A stretch of DNA of 58,899 nt, filler included, from Sphacelaria rigidula (taxonomy: Eukaryota): the NCBI GenBank assembly GCA_964200075.2. It is 8 parts of 8 records of this genome, joined end to end, with 100 filler letters (N's around TTAATTAATTAA, not from the genome) between each part and the next. Parts side by side here need not be neighbours in the genome. Positions count along the whole stretch, not along the records: positions 36,876 to 44,150 come from CAXNAA020015668.1; positions 44,251 to 51,525 come from CAXNAA020015669.1; 6 more parts are not named here. One strand, written 5' to 3'. Both the position numbers and the translations under genes were made by a program. The notes below the pieces were generated by a model. It saw only the letters and a list, made by a program, of their open reading frames with translations, was not told the origin of the DNA and made no database searches. Of this stretch, positions 38,036 to 50,495 are shown in pieces. Position 1 is the first letter of the stretch, and the number at the start of each line of letters is the position of its first letter.

Positions 38036-38361
38036 CGTCGGACGAGCACGAGTATGACTCGTGGCACTCACGCTCGTTGGGTTGCCCGTTGGTCGTTTTT
38101 GGAGGTCCTCGAGTAGCACTCGAGTCATTGCTCGTTGTGGAAAAATCAATAGGACGAGTACTCGAGTCATAGCTTGTCGTAGAAAAATCAATGGGGCGAG
38201 CACTCCAGTCATTGCTCGTTGTGGAAAAATCGATTGGGCGAGTACTCGAGTCATGCTCGTTGTGGGGAAATCAATAGGATGAGTAAACGAGTGATGCTCG
38301 TTGTGTTTCCAGTAAACATCAACGAGCGCACTCGTTTCGACGAGTGATGACACATCCGACG
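38036..38361. mobile_element. TA-flanked MITE whose body is a ~42-bp minisatellite
   Basis: TA|CGTCGGA ... TCCGACG|TA enclosing about 5-6 units of GAGTACTCGAGTCATTGCTCGTTGTGGAAAAATCAATAGGAC. Confidence 0.65.
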
Positions 38362-39413
38362 TATAGTATTTTTCCTACAACACAAGTATCGATGACTTGG
38401 GCCGCTTCTTATAATAAACAAAGATCACCCTCAAAATTATTTTTTTTTGCCACTTTTTGTCCATACAAAAACGTGATGTAATTTTGTTCATCCACTTCTT
38501 ACAGCAACTAAAAAAAACACAGAAATGCAGCGTCTCGGACAGGCGTTTTTAGCTAAGATTCAAATCTGAATCCTTTCACCCGCTGTACGATGAAGCAAGC
38601 CACTACAGCTTGCCGCACACACGCTCATTCACAACCGCCGACGCACACCACAGCCCACAGCAGCTCATCCACAAGCAAGCACCACCACTACCAAGGAATA
38701 CATGGCGGCTGCAATCATCCTACCCTACCCGAGTCTGGTTCAGTGGGCATATGACAGGGTACATGTGTACCACGCAACACGATCAGCCCCAACGTCCTCA
38801 AGGCGCACTAGGGCATCGCGATCATCTACAGCGCGCTGGCTGTGAAGAACAGCGCACGATGAGTGCAGCCGATCGCATTGATCAGACGACGAGTATATTT
38901 TTGAACTGTGCAGCGGAGGGCTAAATCAAGTGGCTCGGCAGCAACGACGTTCAAAAGCCGTACGGGCTTCACGTGGAGGCACTGCGCCATGCCACGCTCA
39001 GCTCAGGTGAGGGTTTGGATTTGTGCCCACACGCATGTTGGTTGTTAAATGTCGATTGCAATCGCCTGCTACGCTACAACACAGAGCGAGTACGCACGAT
39101 CGTGAAGACGGTCGTGTTGGTAGGGCATTCTGCCGGGGAGGTAACCGTGCTGCACTCGTGACACTACAGAGTGACTTGTGAAATGCACCGCAACAGTAGG
39201 GTTTAGAATATGCGGAGGGCCTCGGATATTACTTGAGTACATTAGGGAGGTCTGCGTAGTCGCCGCACAAGTGAGTAACAGTAACTGGTAAAGGATAGTA
39301 TTAGACGCACACTTCGAGCGGAACCCAGCGCCAATGAAATGCAGCCTTGGTGTGAATTATGCAGTAAAACACGCTGGTGATTGGCTCGCAGACTCGAGTC
39401 ACACCTGTAGCCT

Positions 39414-41811
39414 ATGTTCTACAGTACAGGAGTGAACAGTACAGTAGAGCCGGGGAAGATACAACAGCAGCATAGAAACGAAGCGATAATCAGACCAGCA
39501 GACAGCGAGGGTTACAATGCCGCCCCAGGGGGTCATTGCGATGCTCGTGTATCTGTACATCCCCATCTTAGTGTGGCTGGTTGTGTATTCCCGCCGCCGC
39601 CATTGCTGGCGCCGATGCCAGCTGCAGCGGCCCCCACGCTGACGGGTGCAAGCAGCACCACGGCTTCCCCCCCCAGTTCTTCGCCTGATTTCAAACGGGT
39701 CCTTAGTGTTTGCCGGGTGCCGATCTTGAACGCTCGGCCATAATCGCCCTTCGCGCAAAAAAAAAATCACTACAGAATTATCCTAGTATTACCAGTCAGG
39801 TTGGGCCGACCTCACCAGATCGCGGTTGGAGGAGGAAACACCTACGCAATTATCGAAATCGCCGTGCAAGCGATGGCATCCTGAACTCTCGTCCCTCGCG
39901 CATCCACGTATACAGGCAAGGCAAGGAACGGCAGACCAAGACTTTTACCGACACAGCTTCTGCCGTCTAGAATCGGTGGGAAACCATCAAGAAGGAGGTC
40001 AAACGGGACGTAGTCGCCGTTATTGGCAGGTGAGGATCTGCGATGTTTTCGTGGGATCGGGAGTAAAGGATACGAGAGTGAGAAGCGGTAAATCAATGAA
40101 TGAATCGTTTCGGTTCCGAAATGTACAGCGAGGCCCGATTCGCTTTTTGTAGTAGCTTCTCACTGAAGCCCTTGATATCCCTTAGTAGGACATCGATATG
40201 TAGCTATACGCACACACCAGTATTACAGGCAAAGACAAGCACGAACAGAATGAAAAATTGGTCGAGAAAAGCGAATGATAAAACCCACTCTCAATCAACG
40301 CTGTGCTCTCAATCTCAGAACACATGATTGATCGCGAGTTCGCAAATTCGAAGTTTATTCGGTGGGCGTAGGTGGACGACTGTAGTATGCTTGCACCTCG
40401 CGCTGGAGGGTGGAGTTCAGCGGCGATGCTGTCTTCACAATGTACGCAGGAAGAAGTGGTTTGCATAAGGGCTTTTGTGTGCAAGACGTCATGAACGGTG
40501 TACCCGAGAGCCGTTTCGTTGCGGACGGCACACCGCAGCATAGTACGATGAGGGGACCACGATTGGGCTGCGGGAAAACATCCATCACCAGCGGGGGGCG
40601 CTGACGGGGTCCGATCGCACCGCCGCGGTTTATTTCCGATTATATTTTGTCACGGTGTCGCTCGGTGCGCTTTTATTTCCGTGAAGCACAGATGTGCTGC
40701 TACCTTCCCGACCTATTGCATATACACTTGACCGCTAACTGTACGTTTGACTGACGCCGCTGCCGTTGTCGTATTCCCTCATGCAGCGAAGTAAAGGTTG
40801 GCGACAAACTTCCCTCCGGTCAATAAATGCCGGATCTCATGGGGCGCCTTATGATGCATGTCTGGACTGTTACGCAGAGAAAACGATGGAGGATTGGAAG
40901 AAGCGGCAATCGCAGAAGACAGTGAGGAAAAAGTGTGACTCGACAGACATGTCGTTGAAGGGCGGCGAGGACGTGAGTCAGGGTGGGACAACCGACGGCG
41001 GGGCACGTGCGATGCCCAAGGACTGGGTTCCCCCTCATCTACTCGCCTATGCCTTCTGGGGTCCGCAGAGTGCGGTCCCTGAGCAGGAATTCAACCTGCT
41101 GACCTCCAGTGGGCTGGATAGGAAGAAGCGGCGAGTTTCCACCTAGACCGAAGCTGGCACCCCCGTGGCGGGAGACAGCGCCGACGATCCGCCGGTGAGC
41201 GAAGAAGCTCGACGACGACGGCGGCATGATGAGCCGCCGAAGCCTGTAGAAGGAGAAGAAGGAGAAAAGCGCGGAGGAAAAAACGCGTCGCCATTTGTGC
41301 CGCACAGCGCGATAAAATCATAACCGCAATGCAGGGAGCCGTGAAACAAGCGTCGCAACTTCGGGTAGAGGTTGCCAGGGTGGCGGCGGTGTAGGAGCAC
41401 CACCAAGGGGTGCGCATGCTGCAGAGCAGCGTATCTGTTTTGAAGGAGCTGGGGAGAGCCGTCGAGGCGAAGGAGAAGCTGGCAGAGCTGCTGCAGGTTC
41501 TGAACGGCACCTCGGTCGAGAACTCTGCAGCCGCTTGTACCGAGACCGATGGAGTTCCAGCAAAGTCAAAGCTCGAATCACCCGGCCTACCTACCGACAC
41601 CGACGTGACGGAGACCCGATCAACCTCGGATGCGAGCGAATATCTGATTGAGGGCGACGACTTTGGAGAGTCTCAGTGTCCGCGCGGAGCTAGTCCGAGC
41701 AGCCACATCGGGGTTGGAGGGGGGGAGGGAGGGCAAGGGCGTGCGCAGGAGAGGGCCGCAACGGATGTCCGCCATCGGAGGGACAATGCAGACCTCATCG
41801 ACGTTGCCTGA
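39414..41811 (+). pseudogene. Broken coding-like region, possibly the accessory (Myb/SANT-type) gene of the neighbouring Harbinger relic
   Basis: GC-rich frames interrupted by stops and frameshifts (MPKDWVPPHLLAYAFWGP; AVKQASQLRVEVARVAAV*..LKELGRAVEAKEKLAELL); convergent with the transposase relic; family assignment is inference only. Confidence 0.3.
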
Positions 41812-43170
41812 ATTTTGCCACACGGAGGGGTGCGGTTGTACATCATTTGACTCCGTTTTTTTTTTCACGCATATGTTTCCCTTCGAGTTTTTGTTTTCGA
41901 TCTTGTCTCGGGTGTTGGCTACGTTTGTTTTCGAGTCCGTTCGTTTATTCATGTTTTCTTTTGTAATGGTTTCATATTTTCCTCCACCTCTGTTTAGTCG
42001 ACTAAAAAAGCGACTGAGCGAAGATGGGCGGGGTCTCCGGGGATCGGTCGATGTGCGACAAAAAAAACGCAGAAAAAAAGGAAGATACATGTTGTGTTTG
42101 TACGAGAGATCGGCGAAGCATTTCTTCCTTCGGTTTTGTTCCACGGCAGTTCCTGGCCGGATTTTTATTCCCTTTTTTTGTCTTTGAAGTTTGGTCTGAG
42201 ACGATTCCTTGTGTGTTCTATTCTCTATTTTCATTTTTAGCAAGCACACCCATTATGTTGACCGCGTCAACATCGATGTAGCGGAGATGGGTGGGGCCTC
42301 TTTTTCTTTTCACGACGCGTATTTCCCAACAGGAAAACGCGACCGGGCTTGTTATTTTCCTACAATGCATACGCGAACCAGTTTCTCGGAGACCGCTCAC
42401 TGGAGACGGAGATCGGTCGAATCCAGCAACAAATCCGAGCAGTGTATGGACTTGACTGATCTTCGAGAAAAAGCAGCGGAGACCGAGAAGAAGCAAGGTT
42501 GGCCAGAAAAAAATTGCCAACAGTGGAAAAATACCAAGGTGTGCTCGAACCGTTCCCACCAGTAGAGTAAGGCATTCCAAGGTGTCAAAACCCACCTTGC
42601 TCTCTTTTAGGGCGTACAAGTTTTGGGTGAACTTGATATGTCTATGACTCTACTCAGAGTGAGGTGGAGTCGGGTACGTTGTTGACTCTCTACCCGAGTG
42701 CTGCCACTAATGAAAAAAAATCCGGGTGTGGTGCGTTGCTTGTGGGCAAGGAGCAGCGTGTTTTGCTGTATGCTTTGCCGCGCAAATACTTTGGTGCATG
42801 CACGTAATAACGGTGTTCGAAATGTACCCGACGCCTTCACCCGACAGCAGTGCGGTAAAGCCGCTGCAATTCCATTCAGTATGGCCCGAGCCTGAGTCAT
42901 CACACGCGGGTGCACAAAAAAAACTATGAAGCAAGCGATTTGTTTCATTTTCCGGCGGGAGTCAGACTCATCGTACGTCTAGATCTAAAGCAGGACGAAC
43001 TCTGACCTTCCACACACTGATCGCACGGGCTGCCGAGGTTCGCACGTTTACGGTATACGTCTTGCAACAGTAACGCCCAACCTATCCCTCTTCCCCCCAT
43101 CTCGAACACCGGTACCGGCAGCTTCTCGGTAAGACCCCGTCGCAACCCACACAACATCATATCCGCCGTT

Positions 43171-43423
43171 GAGCAGTGCTACGGTAGGGGTTGCACTTTT
43201 TGTTTCTGGGCCTCGTTTTAGTAGGAGCCCAAATATATGGGACTTACTCTGCTACCCAAATCTCCGGGGACAGGACATGGAAATGCACACAGGGGCCTTT
43301 TCGTGAATCGGCATCATTTTCAGTCTTTTCCAAGTGAAGGTGATGCCGATTCTCAAAATGATCCCTGCAACACCCCGAGAAACATTTTCGCTTAAAAAGT
43401 GCGACCCTACCGTAGCATCACTC
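43171..43423. mobile_element. Sola-like MITE (253 bp), 4-bp TSD CGTT
   Basis: CGTT|GAGCAGTGCTACGGTAGGGGTTGCACTTTT ... AAAAGTGCGACCCTACCGTAGCATCACTC|CGTT. Confidence 0.8.
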
Positions 43424-43429
43424 CGTTAA

Positions 43430-43527
43430 CCCTTAGACCGCGAGGTTCGTATTTCTGGATCATGCATACTATTTTACACTTGAAATTGATGCCGATTCAA
43501 CAGAAGACTACCCTCGCGGTCTAAGGG
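43430..43527. mobile_element. piggyBac-like MITE (98 bp)
   Basis: TTAA|CCCTTAGACCGCGAGG ... CCTCGCGGTCTAAGGG|TTAA, perfect 16-bp TIR. Confidence 0.88.
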
Positions 43528-43972
43528 TTAACGAAGAAGAGTTCACCAATGGATTCAATAACCGGCGTCTATAGTTCCACTCGCGCCTGCTGGACCATCC
43601 TATGAGGCATTTCACGACGAGTACGGCATAAATACGCTCTTTCGAATCTACGTCCCAATGAGCAATATCAAAAGTGGCAATAACACCAGGCCACGAAATT
43701 ACAACAGATACAACGACAAACGCTCGTTTGAGATCGTCAACATCGGGCAGAAAAATCCACGTTGTGTGCAATTCGTGCACAAACTTTTCACAGAACTCGT
43801 GAAAAAACTGTCGCGAGAGCTGAGCGCTAACTGAAGAACACTGTCCGTTGACGTCGAAGCAGTTGCCCCTCCCCAGCACATGAAGCGCCCTAGCACCTGC
43901 CGAGGAGCAACGTCACCATACCAAAAGCGCGTCAGACGGTGGAAATGTATACACGTTGATAAAATGGGTATA

Positions 43973-43973
<1 letters not shown>

Positions 43974-44031
<58 letters not shown>
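43974..44031 (+). repeat. (TAT)n microsatellite
   Basis: Directly visible. Confidence 0.97.
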
Positions 44032-44036
<5 letters not shown>

Positions 44037-44250
44037 GTAATTATGTTCGTCGCATTAGCCCGACCTCTCGAACCCGTGGTCACAGAGTGAAAGGAGCATA
44101 CCACCAATATACCCATAACCTAAACAGCCCGCAGAAGAAGGCAAAAAACANNNNNNNNNNNNNNNNNNNNNNNNNNNNNNNNNNNNNNNNNNNNTTAATT
44201 AATTAANNNNNNNNNNNNNNNNNNNNNNNNNNNNNNNNNNNNNNNNNNNN

Positions 44251-44320
44251 CAATGAGTTGCTTTATTCTGTGGTATTGCCACTTCCAGAGACAGCCACAG
44301 CTTTTACTCTGCCTCATGGG
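44251..44320 (-). repeat. 5' part of R300 at the contig start
   Basis: Reverse complement of CCCATGAGGCAG..GCTGTCTCTGGAAGTGG..AAGCAACTCATTG. Confidence 0.8.
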
Positions 44321-45230
44321 TGTCTAACCAGTTACAATACGATGGGGGGGGACTACGCAGCAACAGGGAGATAAAAGCCGGGATGCAGCCGAACTTCAGG
44401 TTTGGTGTGCCCAAAGTGCGAATTCAAAACGTCTCCGGGAGTGGGCACGAGCCCATCCAAGACGACACTCAGGGTAAGAAGCCAAAGATCGTCTGTGAGA
44501 ACTTTTCGTTCAGCGCGGCGGATCAACTATCGCGTGTTATGAGCAAAAACTTGATGTCGATTCAAAAGAACAATTCGCCAGGACGCAATTAATACCCAAC
44601 TCAAAGCAATCGTCCGGCGAAGATACGGCTTACAACAATGGCGGTATGATTGGTTATTTCCGGGGGAACACTGGACCACGAGCAACGGAACGACACAAGA
44701 GAACACACTCGTCTCGCCAGCTGACCAGGCTGCGCCACGGGATAAGGGTAGAACAAACAAACAAACACATCCAGATGAATTGTCGAAATGCAGTAACTCA
44801 CTTCAACCTGAAACAGTCGTCGGGCATAAATACGGCCTACAACAAGGGAGGCATCATTAGCAGTACACGGTGTAACCAAGGACCCGTGCAACAAGCCGAT
44901 GTAAGGGAATACTTTCCGTGCGGCGAGCTCTCTTGGCTGGCGGCAGGGGGTTGAGCAGTGACAACAACAAACACATCCAGAGAACGAGTCATCAAAATCC
45001 CAAACGTGTGGGAGGCTGGACTAAATTTACAGTCCACGCATCGCGTGAAGAAACCTCGAAGACCAAAACAAAAAGAAAACAAAATGCTCAGGGAACACGG
45101 ACAGAGATGCGACAGCGACAAGAAATGTGACCACGGTTACTAGAAATGCAGTCACCAAGAAGGCGAACTCAGCACGAAGAATCACGGTACAAAAACCTTT
45201 GAGGGGCTACAATGCAGCAAAGGGGAGAGG

Positions 45231-45429
45231 GGGGGGCTACAATTGGATATCTGACCAGATCGGATTGGGGGATCCAACTCCGCCAAGGCGAGGGGGGCTA
45301 CGATCTGATATCTGACCAGATCGGATTGAGGGGTTTTGAAATCCGCCAAGGTGTGTCGTGGCAACTCAAGTATAGGCCTACGATACAACCGGTGTTGGGG
45401 GGCTGCGATCTGATATCTGACCAGATCGG
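45231..45429 (+). repeat. Three interspaced 33-bp palindromic repeats
   Basis: GGGGGGCTACGATCTGATATCTGACCAGATCGG at 45231, 45292 and 45397, with small variations. Confidence 0.85.
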
Positions 45430-45699
45430 GGAGGGGGTGCTGGGAAGCAGCCAGGGCAGCGGCATATGGAACGGGCACGTGGGCTGTGGTCGAAGACGTC
45501 TTTTTTACAAGAGAAAATGTTCGAGCTCGAGTTTATTTCCGTAGTACAGCAAAATATTATACTTTGCATTGATAAGGGGGGACATGGTGCGCTACAAAAC
45601 CCTGCGCGGTTACGGCGCCATTTCTCTCTCCTTGACTGAGGAGGGGACCACCTGATACTACAAGGAAAAGCTCAATCGGGCCGGACTAAAGTGATGTTG

Positions 45700-45885
45700 C
45701 CAAACATCGTGGGGTGGTCACGCAAAACTCGTGGGCTTACATCCGACGGCAAATTGTGTTGCTAAAACCACAGTACTCCCGACCAAAGTCATCTGTAAAA
45801 CAGTGATGTGGGCAAACACCATGACGTGGTCACGCAAAACTCGTGGGCTTACATCCGAGGGCAAATTTTGTCGCTAAAACCACAA
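45700..45885 (+). repeat. ~112-bp-period direct duplication
   Basis: GTGGTCACGCAAAACTCGTGGGCTTACATCCGA..GCTAAAACCACA occurs twice. Confidence 0.85.
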
Positions 45886-47981
45886 TTCTTCAATTATCAA
45901 GCGAGTCCTGAAAAGAGGCTCGACTTGCAGTACCGTTGACGGAAAACAAAACCATACACCATGACAAGGAAATCTGTCAGGCGGCGTTGTTCCAGAACGG
46001 CGGAAATCAACGGTAGACTCGAATCAATTGTGCAAACGTCAACAACGCGACGTCCGGTATCACATGTGTGTGCTGTCACAGGGGGAAGCTACAGTCTCCA
46101 GGACTGACGGTTCAGCTTCCCACACTTCAGAACCATGCTACGCGGTGGGGTACCGCTACACACAAAAGGGGGGGGGGGGTGCCTATCTACTCATATCTGG
46201 GGGGCTCACCGAGGTACAGAAGGGGGGGCGTTTTAATTTGGCACGAGGCAAATCAACCATATGCTACTACAGGATGACCCGTCAAAACCAACTATCAACC
46301 ACCACCAATGTAATAGTGATCGGCGGGCACACAGTTTGCACGTGGCACAGTGGCGCGTGCGATACCCTGTTCGAAAGCAGAGTGAAAACACTGTAGTGAG
46401 ACAGAGTAACGGTTGGCTACATGCACAAGGCGGAAGTTGAACGCAGTTTCGGCCAGATCGACGCGTAGCCGGGAAACCAAGAAAGTGCGTCACCATGGCA
46501 CTTACGCGGATGTGAACAAGCAGGAACAGGACCCGAGGGCAGCTACAGCAAATCGGTCAGCCGTTACAAGCAGTGTACCAACGGGGGGGCAGGTACGTAT
46601 CATTAGTACGTGAAGCTTGGGCAACGTACTGTCAGTAGTCTTCGCTACTGTTGTACAATGCAACCGAACCCAGAGCACTGTAAGCTGACGCCCATGGCAT
46701 CAGAATAGCAGAGGGGTGCCTCACTAAATACAAGTTAAAAACGCAGAAAAATAAAAGGCGAGTTACTGACTACAGCTTGAGCAGAAGAACACAACGCCAA
46801 GCAACACAAAGACTTCCTAACCAAGTAGAACACGGTCTGTGTATCGCCGTCAATTATCATAATGATGGTGTGACACGCCTCCGAGCTTTATCACAAACAA
46901 CTGAAACCTGAGGCCAGTGGAAGTGGGGAGTCCCTTAACAGCATGAGACGCTGCAGTACGAGCAACCTGCTGGCGTCACAATATCGATATTAGTGATGGT
47001 GCTTGTCGTGCTAGTAGTGCTATCGTTAGTGACTGCTGGAAATGTTTCAGTAGAAAGGAGTCTGGATAGTTTTGGACATACTACTTCACGGACGCGTGAG
47101 AGGGTTCAAGCTGAGGTAGCTGCAAAGGCGGCTGGCCCGTGATTGATCCAGACTGGAGACTTGCTGGAGCTGCGTGCAGCGGACGTTTATAGGATCCCAC
47201 GGCTGTGTGGTGCAGTGACGAAGGCAGGTGTGAACTTTGGAGTTCGAGAAGGTTCAGAAGCCTTCGATTGGGTCCGCTCGGGAATGTCGACTACAGAGGT
47301 ACTGCCAATAGAGCGAGCGGAGACGACTAAAACCTCAGTTGTTCTGAGAGAAGAGTTGCGGGCTCCCAGTTACGGGAATTTGTATTCTGAGTGTGCTTCT
47401 CGTTCGTTTTATACGAATTCCGTGGAATACAAGGAGCGGGTGGAGCATGCGAATGCGGGAGGTGCGGTAAGGCATCAAGTGGTTTCCATGGCGCAACTCG
47501 TGCCCATCACCCTCCAACGCGTTTTTGCGAGAAGATTCCATGAGAAGCACACAATAACGCCGCTGCAGTTGGCTGCAGCGATGAAGAAGCATGCAGGACA
47601 TGCGGCGGGCGCTGAGGTAGAGCTAACCCGGGCGTACGCGGCCGTGGCGAAGGCTGTCGCCATGAACCACAAGGGGAAGACCATGCGTGAGAGGGTGGAG
47701 CCAATCATGGGAAAGTTGGAGACATACTTTTCGGAAAATCTCAACGTCGAGATGGTTTATCGTTCCTCCGATGGGAAATTCCGTCCAGGGCTCGCTGCGG
47801 TGATCACGAAAGCGACAGTGGAGGGTCTGGCACCGGCGGAATTCAAACAGGCCGTGCTTGTGTAGTTACAGCACGAAACCAATTGGAAGTCAGACCCGTA
47901 CTTAGTTATGGATACCGTGGTGGCTGAGGCTCAGATATGGCGGAAGATTGAAGTATTCGGTAAATCATCCACTTTGTCGCC

Positions 47982-48240
47982 GAGTGATGCGGCGATAGGG
48001 CTAGCACGTTTACGGCCGGAGAGTAGAATTGTTAGGAACCCTTTATCTCATCCAAAACACGACTTTCGAAATAGGTGAGAGTACGCCAGGGTTTTTCTTC
48101 CAATTTGCTAGGGATATCCCTAATGAATTTGCAAACGGGGATATCCTCACCCATATTCTTGTGTAGTTCCTAATTGTTAAGAACCCCTGAATTAGGCCGG
48201 TTTTGGCCCCAAAAGTGCAGACCCTATCGCAGCATCACTC
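47982..48240. mobile_element. Sola-like MITE (259 bp) inserted in gag, 4-bp TSD CGCC
   Basis: CGCC|GAGTGATGCGGCGATAGGG ... CCCTATCGCAGCATCACTC|CGCC; removal restores the gag frame into the Zn knuckle. Confidence 0.85.
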
Positions 48241-48475
48241 CGCCGCAGTCCTCGAGCTCGCGTATCCGCGGATAAAAATCCGCAGGCAGTGCCACCAACA
48301 TCACTTGCTTTCAGTGTGGCCAGGTAGGCCACTACGCACGCGAGTGCCCAATGCCTTCCGAGGGGGAGTCTGGGCAGACGAGTGCCGCGCGCCCTCGCAA
48401 TCACAAAGAAGGAAAAGATAATCGGGGTGGTGGCGGAGGAGGATCCTACAGCGGTGGAGGTGTACAGTCGAGTTC

Positions 48476-48507
<32 letters not shown>

Positions 48508-49352
48508 GGCAGCGGCGTCAGCAGGGGTCCGGTTCCGGGTCCGGCTCAGCCGCAGGGGCTGCTGCTCCGCAACGAGCGGTGCAGGTGGGACCGACCACTC
48601 TAGTGTTGGACTCGGTGCCAGCGCCGCCGGCAGCAGAGTAAGGCGAGACGCCTGCTGCTGAGCCGGCCGGATTTCAGCTGAAATTTGGATCCGCTGCTGC
48701 ATCGACCAGAGTACCACTGCAATTTGGTTCTGCGGACGGGGCTTCGTACCCACGGGCGGTGCCGGTGATCCCAGTGGGGGCGTCTATGCCTGCGCCGCAC
48801 GCGCAGCCGTGGCGCCAAGTGGGGATCACGACAAATCAATCGGCGGAGCAGGTGCCGGTCGAGGATAAATAAAATCATATTCCTGCATAGTTATATCTCC
48901 CAAATCAACGGGCGCGGGGAGCCATATCGGTCATCGCTGTGTTGGATTTAGGCGCCCATTTCACGAGCGTGTCGGTGCTGATTGTGGAGATGCTGGAGCG
49001 TCTACTCCCTGGTGAGCAAATCCGCATTCCGTTTTCGCTCGGGGCGCGGCAGGCCATCACCGCATCGGGGCAACGTGTAAATGGCACGGAGTGCACGATT
49101 CCCCTACAGTTGGCGTTCATGACGACCTGGGGGCCAGCGAAATTACCCCCGTTATCGTTTGCGATCATGCCGGGGACGGATGGTGTCGTTCTGTTGGGCT
49201 TACCGACGCTTCGGGGGCTCGGAGTCGATCCGTATGATCGGCTGTTAGAGTCCCTAAAAACGCAAATGCCGTCGCCTGGTTCGAGTGTCGAGACGCCTGC
49301 TTTTTTGGCCAGTCGCAGAGTGAGCTTGTCGGTTGATGATCTCCAGGAGGCC

Positions 49353-49923
49353 GGGGTGCAGGTGTCCGAGGAGCGTGATGAGGTGGTGGAACCCTTAGTG
49401 GAGCGTGGCCCCGGTATGTTTATGGAGCTGACAGAAGAGGAGTCCGCGCGAATGGCTGCGCTGGAGGAAAGCGTGGCGGATGCTGTGGCAAATGGCCTCA
49501 ACGTCTCCAAAGCGGAGCGCTTGCGTGGCGTATTGTATCGCCACGTTAACGCGTTTCGTCGTGCGCTGAGGGGCGATCCCCCTGTGCGCGTTACACTGAA
49601 GCCAGGAGCGGCCGCGGTGAAGGCAAAAGCGAGGAGGTGGGGAGCAGGTGTCCGAGGAGCGTGATGAGGCGGTGGAACCCTTAGTGGAGCGTGGCCCCGG
49701 TATGTTTATGGAGCTGACAGAAGAGGAGTCCGCGCGAATGGCTGCGCTGGAGGAAAGCGTGACAGATGTTGTGGCAAATGGTCTCAGCGTCTCCAAAGCG
49801 GAGCGCTTGCGTGGCGTATTGTATCGCCACGTTAACGCGTTTCGTCGTGCGCTGAGGGGCGATCCCCCTGCGCGCGTTACACTGAAGCCAGGAGCGGCCG
49901 CGGTGAAGGCAAAAGGAGGAGGT
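49353..49923 (+). repeat. 286-bp tandem duplication inside pol
   Basis: 49353-49638 and 49639-49923 are nearly identical; causes a frameshift. Confidence 0.92.
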
Positions 49924-50495
49924 ATGATCCGGTAAAGTCCAGTTGATTAGCTTCTTGCATGGGAGCTCTTGTGGCGTTTGGCTTGGTGTTCAGGAATCTA
50001 CAGGCGGTGTGGTCTAGTCCAGCGATGGCGATGCCGAAGAAGAACTCTTTCCGTCTTGTCAGCGATTACGGAGCCGTCCATGATCAGGTGGAGAAGTCGC
50101 CGGGTGTCATGCCCAATCAAGAATCCGATATGATGGACCTGTTGAGCGCGCGGTGTTTCGGTAAGTTGGACCTCCTACAGGGGTACTGGCAGATGCCGTT
50201 GGCCGAGGAGGCGCGAGAGATATTCACCATCACGACTCCGTTTGGCATGTCTACCCCGCAACGAGTACCGCAAGGCGTGTTGAATGCTACTTCCTATTTT
50301 CAAGATGTCATGGTAGACCTTTTAGATGGCTTGAAATGCAAGATTTGGGTGGATGATGTCTTTTTCTTCGTGGATACGCAAGACGAACTGGTGGATACGC
50401 TCAATGCAATCTTGGCTCGCTTGGAGAGCGTTGGTCTGTTTGCAGCTGCCCACAAGTGCAGCTTTTTTGCTAGTGAATTAGTATGGTGTGGGAAA

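Larger units (their letters stand above)
43100..43895 (-). pseudogene. PIF/Harbinger-type DDE transposase relic interrupted by two MITEs
   Basis: MLGRGNCFD..SRQFFHEFCEKFV..WIFLP..WPGVIATFDIAHW..KCLIGW resembles GFPG..GS.D..HW.W..CP..W; removing the MITEs restores GELFFVNGGY (DGGY-like). Confidence 0.62.

Noticed and set aside
45231-45429. CRISPR array call
   Set aside because: Only three repeats, unequal and mutually similar spacers, eukaryotic context, no cas genes
46971-46990. TGGCGTCAC as PBS of the gypsy element
   Set aside because: The position is plausible, but no preceding CA-ended LTR or second LTR is available to confirm it
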